Shown here: in pieces, positions 39,100 through 47,532 of the stretch
Numbering within the stretch: the first letter of the stretch is position 1
Layout: each line of letters begins with the position of its first letter
Source of the DNA: Fibrobacteria bacterium
GTDB taxonomy: Bacteria > Fibrobacterota > Fibrobacteria > UBA11236 > JADFYW01
NCBI GenBank assembly: GCA_050294405.1
Contig: JBNKOC010000028.1
Coordinates: 384,001 to 448,000 of the forward strand
DNA: 64,000 bases
Reading direction: 5' to 3'
Program-made: the position numbers and the translations under genes
The notes under the pieces: model-generated
Told to the model about the DNA's origin: nothing
What the model saw: the letters and a program-made list of their open reading frames with translations, nothing else
Databases searched by the model: none

Positions 39100-40377
39100 G
39101 TTAAAAGCAACTTCAAGCTTCCCGAGATTTGAATTGCCCTGCTCCAAAATTGCCCTGTATTTTTACTGATATGTTTAGCGGAAACCAAGGCTCAGGAATG
39201 CGGCAGCGGGGAGTTTAAGGTTGAAGCAGTATTGGATGGAAATATTTGGAGAGTTAATAGTGGAGGGAGCACTGTTTGGACAGGGAATAACATACTGCAG
39301 GCCATGCGCGAAGCTCTTGGGAGCCTGACCCCAAACCGCAATTCAAAGGAGAGGGTGGTGGTCCGCGGGTCAGGCTCGATACCTGCCAATGAATCATTGG
39401 ATTTGCCAAGTGATACAACGCTTGATGTTTGCGGGACGATTAATGTTAGTGGCTCCCCAGGAGAAGATAATGCTGCCCTCAGGGGACGCAATGTTAGAAA
39501 CGTGGAAATTCAAAATGTTAATATTACCGGAACGCCCTATTTTGGGATTTTTTTTCGAAAAAGCCATGATATTATTTTGGGTAACATCGATTTGCGATTA
39601 TCAGGTGGACTTGGAATTCGCATAGACAACGATCCTTCAGGAAGCGGAAATTATGGCAATACAGACCGTTCTACAAACATTCGAATAAAACATGTTTATG
39701 TGTCTGGAACTAATAATCATGGGGTTGAGAATATCACTAATGTAAAAGAGGTGATAACCCGTGGCGGCGGCAGGGGAATTTTTTGCGTTTCGGAAAGTGG
39801 AGGGGTAATAATTGACAAACTTGATATTTTAAATGCGGGGCAAAATAATTCCATATTAGTGGAAAACTGCTACGATGTCGTACTGGCTGCCGAAAGCGGA
39901 AAAGTAGAAGGCTCCCTTGAGGTGCGCCTTGCGGGGCGTAGCGAATTTGACAACAACAGAAATATTACGGTGCAAAATTTAACCGTAGTTGATGCTCCGG
40001 TGAGGGAAAGGCCATGTGGAGAGAATGTTGTTTTTCGAAATAACAGGCTTAGCGGCGGAGCCAGTTATGATATTTGCACAGAGCCTGTGAGTGTTAATCA
40101 AGAAGATGTTACTATCCCTGGCCCTATATCTAATTATAAATTTTTTTTTAATGAGGGGTATTTTGAATTTAGTTTTCAATTTGAAAATGATGGCTATGCC
40201 GGGAGCCAACCAGCCCTTATTCAGCTGAAATCCCTTACTGGAAAAACCTATTTTGCGGAAAAAGCGCCCAATTTTGGCCTCTATAGTAAAAAAGTATCCC
40301 TAAAAGCAAGAGGCGTTTTTTTGTTGGTTGTGCAAGTCGGGAAGAAAAGCTTCACAAGATTTGTATTAGCCCAATAA
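39100..40377 (+). pseudogene. Right-handed parallel beta-helix secreted protein with CTD, probably degraded
   Basis: The frame continues upstream of TTG 39232 through a signal-peptide-like IALLQNCPVFLLICLAETKA-QECGSG, but hits in-frame TGA at 39130-39132. The upstream GGGAG RBS points at GTT 39100, which is not a start codon. Beta-helix repeats and RGGGRGIFCVSESGG are present. Confidence 0.55.
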
Positions 40378-40467
40378 TTGCCGCCAATATTTTTAAAATT
40401 TAGAGTTCAATCCGCACAATGCCCTATCTATTTGAGGTTTGGGGCTATTTATTGTTAACTTGAGGGT

Positions 40468-40911
40468 ATGAATTACCAAAAAATTATTTGCGACGCCATG
40501 GACGAAATGGCTGATGGCAAAGACGAAGCGGCAGAGGCCAAGTTAAATGAGTGCATGGCCGATATTAAAATCCACACGGCTGATGGAAGCGCCGACGAGA
40601 GCCACTATTACAACTGGGGCATGTGCTTGTATTTGTTGGAAGAGTACGAACAAAGCCTCTTAAAATTTGAAAAAGTTTTGGAGTTCGATCCGGCTCACGA
40701 AGATTCCCTTTGGCAAATCGTATCTATTTTGTTCTACAACTTGCAAAAGGCCGAAGCCGCTTTACACATTCTGGAAAAAAAGCTTTTGCCCAAATATCCC
40801 GACGAACCTTTGTATAACGAAGCTTTAACAGATATCCAAAGCTATTTGCGCCATGCTCCCAAAGAGGCCTCCGGCGAAAAACCCGATACAAATAAAAAGA
40901 GCGATGTATAA
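40468..40911 (+). CDS. Small TPR protein
   Basis: YYNWGMCLY..EEYEQSL..FEKVLEFDP TPR motif. Confidence 0.8.
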   Translation: MNYQKIICDAMDEMADGKDEAAEAKLNECMADIKIHTADGSADESHYYNWGMCLYLLEEYEQSLLKFEKVLEFDPAHEDSLWQIVSILFYNLQKAEAALHILEKKLLPKYPDEPLYNEALTDIQSYLRHAPKEASGEKPDTNKKSDV

Positions 40912-40923
40912 CATCGCTCTTTT
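40895..40923. terminator. Bidirectional Rho-independent terminator
   Basis: Perfect 13-bp stem AAAAGAGCGATGT-ATA-ACATCGCTCTTTT between the convergent TPR gene and rpsD. Confidence 0.85.
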
Positions 40924-40944
40924 CCTATAAAATCTGCTAATAAA

Positions 40945-41547
40945 TTAACGAGAGTAATATTCCACAACCAACTGTTCGTTTAATGTAATAGGAATTTGCG
41001 CTCTTTCAGGTTGAGCCACAAATTTACCATTCATTTGAACTTTGTTGATTTCGAAATATTCGGGGATTTCCACGCTGGCGGAATGCGTTAAGGCTTCTAC
41101 CATTTGAGGGTGGGCTTTTGATTTTTCCCGAACAGAAACGATAGCGCCTGGTTTTAAACGCTGGCTGGGAACTTTTGTTCTTGTACCGTTAATTTCAAAG
41201 TGTCCGTGACTAACATACTGGCGGGCAGCATAAATAGTTTTAGCAAAACCCATGCGATATACGGCAGCATCCACGCGGGATTCTAAAATTCTAAGCAATA
41301 CATCACCTGTATTTTGAGTGGAGCGTTGGGCCTCGTCAAAATAAGCGCGAAGTTGTTTTTCAGAAATATAATACGTGGCTTTTAATCTTTGTTTTTCCAC
41401 CAATTGGGTTTTATAAACTGATGCGCTTTTCTTTCTATTAAGGCCGTGCTGTCCCGGTGAAAAGGGACGCTTTTCCATAATTTTGGCAGCCTTTTTAGTG
41501 AGGGCTAACCCTAAGGATCTGGATATCCTAACTTTTGGCCTGGTCAT
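40945..41547 (-). CDS. rpsD: 30S ribosomal protein S4, cysteine-free, stand-alone
   Basis: PGQHG, QLVEKQRL, LESRVDAAVYRMGFA, ARQYVSHGH and NEQLVVEYYSR motifs. Confidence 0.96.
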   Translation of the reverse strand: MTRPKVRISRSLGLALTKKAAKIMEKRPFSPGQHGLNRKKSASVYKTQLVEKQRLKATYYISEKQLRAYFDEAQRSTQNTGDVLLRILESRVDAAVYRMGFAKTIYAARQYVSHGHFEINGTRTKVPSQRLKPGAIVSVREKSKAHPQMVEALTHSASVEIPEYFEINKVQMNGKFVAQPERAQIPITLNEQLVVEYYSR

Positions 41548-41735
41548 TCAAATACCTTTATTTTTATTGTTTCAAAACTACTAAACCGTACCTCGGTTTA
41601 TTTAGGGGCGAAAAGCTAATTTAATAGCTCAACAATTTCAATCTCTCGCCCGGGGAGTTATTGTTGAATTTTTTTGCAGTCAAAAAGTAAAATAAAACCA
41701 TAATTATTTTTAAATTTGGGGGAAACTCAATTCCC

Positions 41736-43646
41736 ATGGTGAAAATTTATTCAAAAAATCATAAAAAGAGCTTTTACGGCCTGATTTACTTGTTTTTAGC
41801 CTTTTTTGCCTTCTCCTGCTCTGTGGCCCCTTCTGTCAGAAAAAGCGATTCCCAAATGCGGACCATGGCCAATGGCGTGCCTCCTGAGCTCAAATCAGAG
41901 CCTATCGTCCTGCTTCAGGATTCCATGGTGGTTGTGCCTTATTTAAATAAAAGTGGCAAAAACAAGCTCACAACCCATAATTACCGGGTTTACCTGGTGC
42001 AAAAGGACGAATTTAAAATTCTGGAAACCCTGGTTATCTACCATTCCGAGACCGTGGAGTCCCGCCCCAGCATTAAAGCGCGTATTTATTATCCCAATGG
42101 CAGCAAAAAAATTATGGGTTGGGAAAAATTTAGCAGCCAAAGGGTGCAGGAGGCTGGTTATTACGAATCCAATCGCTGGGCGAATTTTGCGAAAGTTCCC
42201 GATTATGCCCCCGGGGTGATAATCGCCTTGGAAATAACCAGGCGCTATTCCAAACCCGAATTTGAGAATTTGTATGTGGCTCGGGAAAATTACCCCATTT
42301 TGAAAAAAGATATTGTTTTGGAAATCCCCGAAAATTCCAACTTGGTATATGGTTTTGCCAATAAAGAGGGTTTAAAAGCCGACTCCTCCAAGTGGCAGAT
42401 AAAAGAAAAGAAAAAAGTGGCCTATCATTTTCGCAACTTGGCTAAAATCGAAAACTTTTCCCATATTAAATATCCGGAAAACTGGTTTGGAGCGGTGTAT
42501 TACAATGTGCCTCCCGAAGGCAATGTTTCTTATAGTTGGGAACAAATAGGCGATCACTACCTTAGCTTTTTGCCTGATATTTCTGAGCCCTCGGAAAAAA
42601 TAAGGGAGTTTTCCAAACAAGTGGAGGGAAGCCGTCCCGAGGAAATAATTAAAAGCGCTTACAATTTGCTAAAGAAAAAAATCCGCTACCACGCCGATGA
42701 AAAAGAAATTTTTGCCATTGTCCCCCGGCAACTGGACATCATTTTAAACAACGGTTATGGCGACTGCAAAGAGATGTCTTTTTTGATGATGGCGGTTTTA
42801 AAAGAAAAGGGCCTTGATGCGGGCTTGGCCTTAACATCAAGTCCTGGTGTGTGGCAATTGCATAAAAGTTACCCGGCCCTTAGTTATTTTAACCATGTTA
42901 TTCTGTACTACAAAAAAAGCGATGGTAAATTGGTTTTTGTGGACCCCACCGTTAAGTTTGGGGATTTTAACAACTCTCATTTCCCTTTAAACCAGCAAAA
43001 GGCTTTTTTCCTAAAGAAAAACGCAAGTTTTGTGGATTACATTTTTAGCGGCGATGAATTTGAAAATAGGATTGTAACCACATCGGAAATAAAAAAAGAG
43101 AGCAGTGGCTGGATTCAAACAGGGGTGTTGGAATTTCACGGCCTTTCGGCTTTTAACTTGTTTCGAAGCCTAAGCGGTTTAACCCCTTCGGAAGAAGGGG
43201 AATTTTTAAAAGAATTTTTGCAGGAGTCCTTTAATCTGGAATCTACCAATAGTGTATTAGATACACTATCCCCCGGTTCGGCCCGGATCAATTACACTGC
43301 GAATATAAATCGCTCTGAATTGAAATTGGGCAAGGGAGGCATGTTAATCAATGGGCCCAGTTTATATGGGGGGCTCAACCGCTTTACCACCCTTGATTTT
43401 GAAGGGCCCCGTTATTTTGAAGAAATCGTGCAGGAGGACAGTTGGTCGTTGCCCGAAGGCTTTAGAGATTTGGAATCGAATAATTTGGAATTTGAATTTT
43501 GCAAAGGGGTGTGGTCGTCCAGCCCGGGAAAAGTTTCCCGCAAATTTAGAGGAGAACGGAAAAACTTTTCGGAGGCGGAATCGAAAACCCTAAGTAGCTA
43601 TTACAAGGCCCGCCAAAAATTTTTAAAAACCACAATTTGGCGGTAA
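41736..43646 (+). CDS. DUF3857 + transglutaminase-like lipoprotein with intact Cys-His-Asp triad
   Basis: Lipobox AFSC; GYGDCKEMS, FNHVIL and FVDPT motifs. Confidence 0.85.
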   Translation: MVKIYSKNHKKSFYGLIYLFLAFFAFSCSVAPSVRKSDSQMRTMANGVPPELKSEPIVLLQDSMVVVPYLNKSGKNKLTTHNYRVYLVQKDEFKILETLVIYHSETVESRPSIKARIYYPNGSKKIMGWEKFSSQRVQEAGYYESNRWANFAKVPDYAPGVIIALEITRRYSKPEFENLYVARENYPILKKDIVLEIPENSNLVYGFANKEGLKADSSKWQIKEKKKVAYHFRNLAKIENFSHIKYPENWFGAVYYNVPPEGNVSYSWEQIGDHYLSFLPDISEPSEKIREFSKQVEGSRPEEIIKSAYNLLKKKIRYHADEKEIFAIVPRQLDIILNNGYGDCKEMSFLMMAVLKEKGLDAGLALTSSPGVWQLHKSYPALSYFNHVILYYKKSDGKLVFVDPTVKFGDFNNSHFPLNQQKAFFLKKNASFVDYIFSGDEFENRIVTTSEIKKESSGWIQTGVLEFHGLSAFNLFRSLSGLTPSEEGEFLKEFLQESFNLESTNSVLDTLSPGSARINYTANINRSELKLGKGGMLINGPSLYGGLNRFTTLDFEGPRYFEEIVQEDSWSLPEGFRDLESNNLEFEFCKGVWSSSPGKVSRKFRGERKNFSEAESKTLSSYYKARQKFLKTTIWR

Positions 43647-43647
43647 T

Positions 43648-45576
43648 ATGACACATACATTTAGTCGGAAAAATTTATCTTTGCTGGTTCTATTGTTTGC
43701 AGCCAGCAGCTTTTGGAATTGCGCGGTTCCCTTAAGTAAACCCGACTTGCTGGAGGTTCCTCCCAAGAATGAAGGTGTGGAAAAAAAATGGGAAAGTTTT
43801 GGGGCCTATTACGAAGTAGACGAAATTTTTGTGGAAGCCACATACATGACGGGTTTTAACGCCTCCATGCCCCAAACCAAATATATTATAAATAAAAAAA
43901 TAAAGATATTAACAGATAAGGGTTCCGAATACGGCACCCTATTTATTCCCCGATATTTTTACCGGCCCCGAAAGTTTAAAGTGGAAGTGACCAAGCCCAA
44001 TGGGGAAATAACCAAGGTTTCCACCTCAGAGTTAACCCGGCAATTTATGAAAAATAAGCCTATTGTTATTCCTAAAATAACGGCGGGTTGCCAAATAAGC
44101 ATATACATGGAAGGCTTGGACAATGGTTCGGTGACGTCCTTTGAGCATTACTTTTCCCAGGATATTCCCGTGTACCACGGAAAACTTACCTTTTCCAGCT
44201 ACAACAAGTTTAATTACAAATTCAAAGAATATGGGGGCCTGCAATCGGGCATGGACAAAACGAGCGGCCACAAGCAATTGCGCTATCGGGTGTGGGAGGT
44301 TAAAAACCTGCAGCCCAGGGCCAGGGTGAGTTTTATTGGTTCTGTGGATGAATCTGAACCCCGCATGGCGGCGGTGATGGTGAGCCACAACCTCCAATTT
44401 ACCGGCTCCACTTCAGTTTACGAAAGTTGGTCTAAAATGGCGGATAGCTATGAAGAACAGCTTATGGCTAAATCCTGGTTTAACTCTTCTTATAAAACCA
44501 AAAAGTTGGTGGACAGTTTAAAAGCGGGCAAAGAAGGTTCGTTGGAAAGAGCCGATGGAATTTTTTCCTGGGTGCAGAGTAACATCGATTACGAAAGACG
44601 CCCCTTAAAGCCCATTAATCTGGATAAAATTTTAAAAAACAAAAAGGGAAACATATGGGAAATGGCCGCCTTACTCAATTTTATGTTTACCCATGAGGGT
44701 TTTGAAACGGATATCGTTGTAACCAGGCCTAAATCCAATGGTGGATTTGATGCTTATTTTGTAACTCCCCAGGTTTTATCGGTTCCTTTGGTTAAAGTTA
44801 AGGTGGCGGATAAATGGCTCTTGAGTTTTCCCTACTCCAAAGCCGCCGTGTTGGGGGAGTACCCGCCGGATTATTTTGGATTGCAGGGTTTAAGCTTAAA
44901 TGACGGTGTTACGCCTAATTTGCCGGAGCCAATTTCCGGGAAAGGGAAAACCGAAGTGGAGCTTAGCCTGGATTTGGATAATGTATCGGGAGATAACATT
45001 AAATACCATGCCAATTTGGAATATAGCGGAGTTATGGCATACATCATGCGCAATCGTTTTATCAACCAGGAAGAAAAAATCATTAGGGAAGGCTTTCAAA
45101 AATACCTGGAAGATTTGGGAACCTCCAATAAGCTTACGGATTTTGAAATTAAAGGGCTCGAAGACAGGGGGGAGCCCATTAAAGTGGCCCTGACATTTGA
45201 AAACGCCAATCAAAGTTTTAGCCGCAAAAAACAAACCCAGATTAATTTATCCAATATATTTAACAGCTATTTTGAACTTTACGACACCAACCGGGTGGAA
45301 GACCTAAGCTTTTCTCTGGAATATGAGTATAACGAAAAACTGGTATTAAACAATTCGGTTTCCAAAAATGTAAAAGCCGAGATACATTGCTCCAATGTGG
45401 CCAACCAGGTTTTCGAATCCAGCTGCGGGCAATCTTCTGATTCGGGAAGTGATGTTTATGAACGCAAATTTAAACTGAAAAAAATATCCATTAATTCCGA
45501 TGTGATGCGAAGCCTGCTTCCTGATATTAATTCGGTGAATAAAATTAAAGACAGTTTTCTTGTTTTAAATAAATAA
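43648..45576 (+). CDS. DUF3857 + transglutaminase-like lipoprotein lacking catalytic residues
   Basis: Lipobox-like FWNC; KIKILTDKG and IFSWVQSNIDY motifs; KGNIWEMAALL in place of GDCK, and no His or Asp equivalents. Confidence 0.8.
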   Translation: MTHTFSRKNLSLLVLLFAASSFWNCAVPLSKPDLLEVPPKNEGVEKKWESFGAYYEVDEIFVEATYMTGFNASMPQTKYIINKKIKILTDKGSEYGTLFIPRYFYRPRKFKVEVTKPNGEITKVSTSELTRQFMKNKPIVIPKITAGCQISIYMEGLDNGSVTSFEHYFSQDIPVYHGKLTFSSYNKFNYKFKEYGGLQSGMDKTSGHKQLRYRVWEVKNLQPRARVSFIGSVDESEPRMAAVMVSHNLQFTGSTSVYESWSKMADSYEEQLMAKSWFNSSYKTKKLVDSLKAGKEGSLERADGIFSWVQSNIDYERRPLKPINLDKILKNKKGNIWEMAALLNFMFTHEGFETDIVVTRPKSNGGFDAYFVTPQVLSVPLVKVKVADKWLLSFPYSKAAVLGEYPPDYFGLQGLSLNDGVTPNLPEPISGKGKTEVELSLDLDNVSGDNIKYHANLEYSGVMAYIMRNRFINQEEKIIREGFQKYLEDLGTSNKLTDFEIKGLEDRGEPIKVALTFENANQSFSRKKQTQINLSNIFNSYFELYDTNRVEDLSFSLEYEYNEKLVLNNSVSKNVKAEIHCSNVANQVFESSCGQSSDSGSDVYERKFKLKKISINSDVMRSLLPDINSVNKIKDSFLVLNK

Positions 45577-45598
45577 CGTCGCAACTGGAATTGCAATC

Positions 45599-46390
45599 TT
45601 AAAAAGTTTGCCTCCAGCTTAATCCGGCCTCTTTTTCCCCGGGATTTAGATGGGGGGTGATTCCCGCATATTTTATTTTAGGATAGGCCCAGGCAAAAAG
45701 CGAACCGATTACAGCTCCTGCAGTAACATCCGCCAAATAATGCTTTCCCGCATACATTCGCATGGAAGCAACTAAACAGGCGGTTCCCAGGGCGCCGCCG
45801 TAAAAAAATTTGGGCCATTTATGTTGGGGGTAATTTTTGATGGATTGGTTTCCAAAATAAACGGCGCTCAAAAAAGCCGCGGAGCTATGGCCGGAATAAA
45901 AAGAACCCATAGCTTCGGATTTATTCCTCTCTTTAAAAGGAGCATGGGGGTTATAGGCCAAAGGCCTTGGCGAATAGCTTTGGGAGCGAACCCATAAATT
46001 AAGCAGTGAAGAAAATGCCAGGGCCTCTCCATAGGTCAACATATTTGATAGCCAAAGACAGGCTGTAGTGTTTGAGGAAAATGCGGGGCTGGCTAAAAAA
46101 GGGCCGGTGGCCATAAGAGACCATAACAGCAAATCGCTTCCTAAGTCCATTCTGGATGAATATTGCCGACGGCTCCAATTGTTAAGCCCGGAGGATTGGC
46201 TGGGTTTTTCCAGCAGGTAATTTGGGCTATATCCCTTTTGAAATTCCCACCCGACAAATAAATGAGAAAGCCCAATCCCTCCCCAAATATAAGCTTCCTG
46301 GGACCAGGAAATTTGAGGCGCATTTTGAGCCCAAGTTTGAGCCATAAAAAGCATTAAAAAGCACAAAGAGTTGAATTTGCTAAAAGTCAT
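45599..46390 (-). CDS. PAP2-family phosphatase
   Basis: ATG 46390 with signal peptide; PRP, SFYSGHSS and RMYAGKHYLADV motifs. Confidence 0.85.
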   Translation of the reverse strand: MTFSKFNSLCFLMLFMAQTWAQNAPQISWSQEAYIWGGIGLSHLFVGWEFQKGYSPNYLLEKPSQSSGLNNWSRRQYSSRMDLGSDLLLWSLMATGPFLASPAFSSNTTACLWLSNMLTYGEALAFSSLLNLWVRSQSYSPRPLAYNPHAPFKERNKSEAMGSFYSGHSSAAFLSAVYFGNQSIKNYPQHKWPKFFYGGALGTACLVASMRMYAGKHYLADVTAGAVIGSLFAWAYPKIKYAGITPHLNPGEKEAGLSWRQTF

Positions 46391-46426
46391 TTGGAATTGA
46401 TTCCTGGAATTTATATTTACTCTCAA

Positions 46427-47344
46427 ATGGTAGCAAAATCCCTGGAACGCAAGCCTGCCTGGCTCAAAAGAAAAATTCCCGGAGGCCCCGAGTTCGCCGG
46501 GCTGGCTAATTTGATTCGCAATAAAAATTTGAATACGGTTTGCCAAAGTGCCAACTGCCCGAATATTGGCGAATGTTGGAATCAAAGCACAGCTACTTTT
46601 ATGATTTTGGGAAACACCTGCACCAGGGGCTGCCGCTTTTGCGATGTGCCTAAGGGAAAACCCGGGTTTACCGATTGGCAGGAGCCTCAGAGGGTGGCCG
46701 AGTCGGCCAAAAACTTAAACTTAAAACATGTTGTTTTAACTTCGGTGAATCGGGATGACCTGGAAGATCAAGGCTCGGAAATTTGGCGGCAAACTATTTT
46801 AGCTGTAAAAGAAGCCCTGCCTGCTTGTACGGTGGAGACATTAATCCCTGATTTTCAGGGTAACAGCGATTTGGTGGAGGTTGTTTTATCGGCAAAGCCC
46901 GAGATATTAAACCACAACTTTGAGACTGTGGCCCGACTGCAAAAACAAATTCGGGGACGGGGAAATTTGAAAGACAGCTCTCTTGTTTTAAGCTACGCCA
47001 AGTCCCGGGGGTTTATCACGAAAACCAGCCTAATATTAGGATTGGGAGAAACCCGGAGCGAAACTGAAGAAATGATAGAATACATTGCAAAATTAAATGT
47101 AGACATATTAACTTTGGGCCAATATTTGCAGCCGAGTTTTGCCCACCATCCCGTGGCCGAGTACATCGAGCCCAGGGTTTTTAAAGAGTTAAAAGAATAC
47201 GCCCATGTATGTGGAATTCCGGTATGCGAATCCGCACCCTTGCAGCGCAGTTCGTTTAAAGCCGCCGATGCGTTGGAATATATCAGGGAACTACGGGCGC
47301 CAATAAAAATTGATGATCGTTGTTGTGAGCGAGGCGCACCATGA
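46427..47344 (+). CDS. lipA: Lipoyl synthase; last 16 codons and stop supplied by an inserted element
   Basis: KPAWLK, CQSANCPNIGEC (CX4CX5C), CTRGCRFC (radical SAM), GQYLQPS and RSS motifs. Confidence 0.95.
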   Translation: MVAKSLERKPAWLKRKIPGGPEFAGLANLIRNKNLNTVCQSANCPNIGECWNQSTATFMILGNTCTRGCRFCDVPKGKPGFTDWQEPQRVAESAKNLNLKHVVLTSVNRDDLEDQGSEIWRQTILAVKEALPACTVETLIPDFQGNSDLVEVVLSAKPEILNHNFETVARLQKQIRGRGNLKDSSLVLSYAKSRGFITKTSLILGLGETRSETEEMIEYIAKLNVDILTLGQYLQPSFAHHPVAEYIEPRVFKELKEYAHVCGIPVCESAPLQRSSFKAADALEYIRELRAPIKIDDRCCERGAP

Positions 47345-47530
47345 TGAACCGAGGGTTCTTGTGAATAGTCTTGTCGAGGGTGAAGGAGCCTGTAACGACC
47401 TAAAACCGGATTATGTGTTATAAATGAGGGTTTTGAGGAAGAGTGGAACACCCTGCCTTTGGGCCCCAGCTCGAAAAAAGCGAGATGGGGAACCTCAAAG
47501 CTGCGAGGGAAATTTTTAGAGGTGCCCGTA
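47292..47530. mobile_element. 239-bp non-autonomous MITE-like element with 20-bp imperfect TIRs including a duplicated TA
   Basis: Left end TACGGGCGCCAATAAAAATT versus the reverse complement of the right end TACGGGCACCTCTAAAAATT matches 17/20. Excision restores lipA ...CTA AAT TGA overlapping the amidase TTG. The interior is repeated at 14509. Confidence 0.85.
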
Positions 47531-47532
47531 AA

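Noticed and set aside
39130..39132. In-frame TGA as selenocysteine or recoded stop
   Set aside because: It falls in a signal-peptide region, I saw no SECIS-like hairpin after it, and TGA is a normal stop in many other genes here.
46391..46585. Long N-terminal extension of the PAP2 ORF overlapping lipA
   Set aside because: ATG 46390 gives a signal peptide and removes the head-to-head overlap with lipA.
47443..47532. 30-aa N-terminal extension of the amidase ORF
   Set aside because: It lies almost entirely within the MITE-like element; the nitrilase fold begins at TTG 47533.
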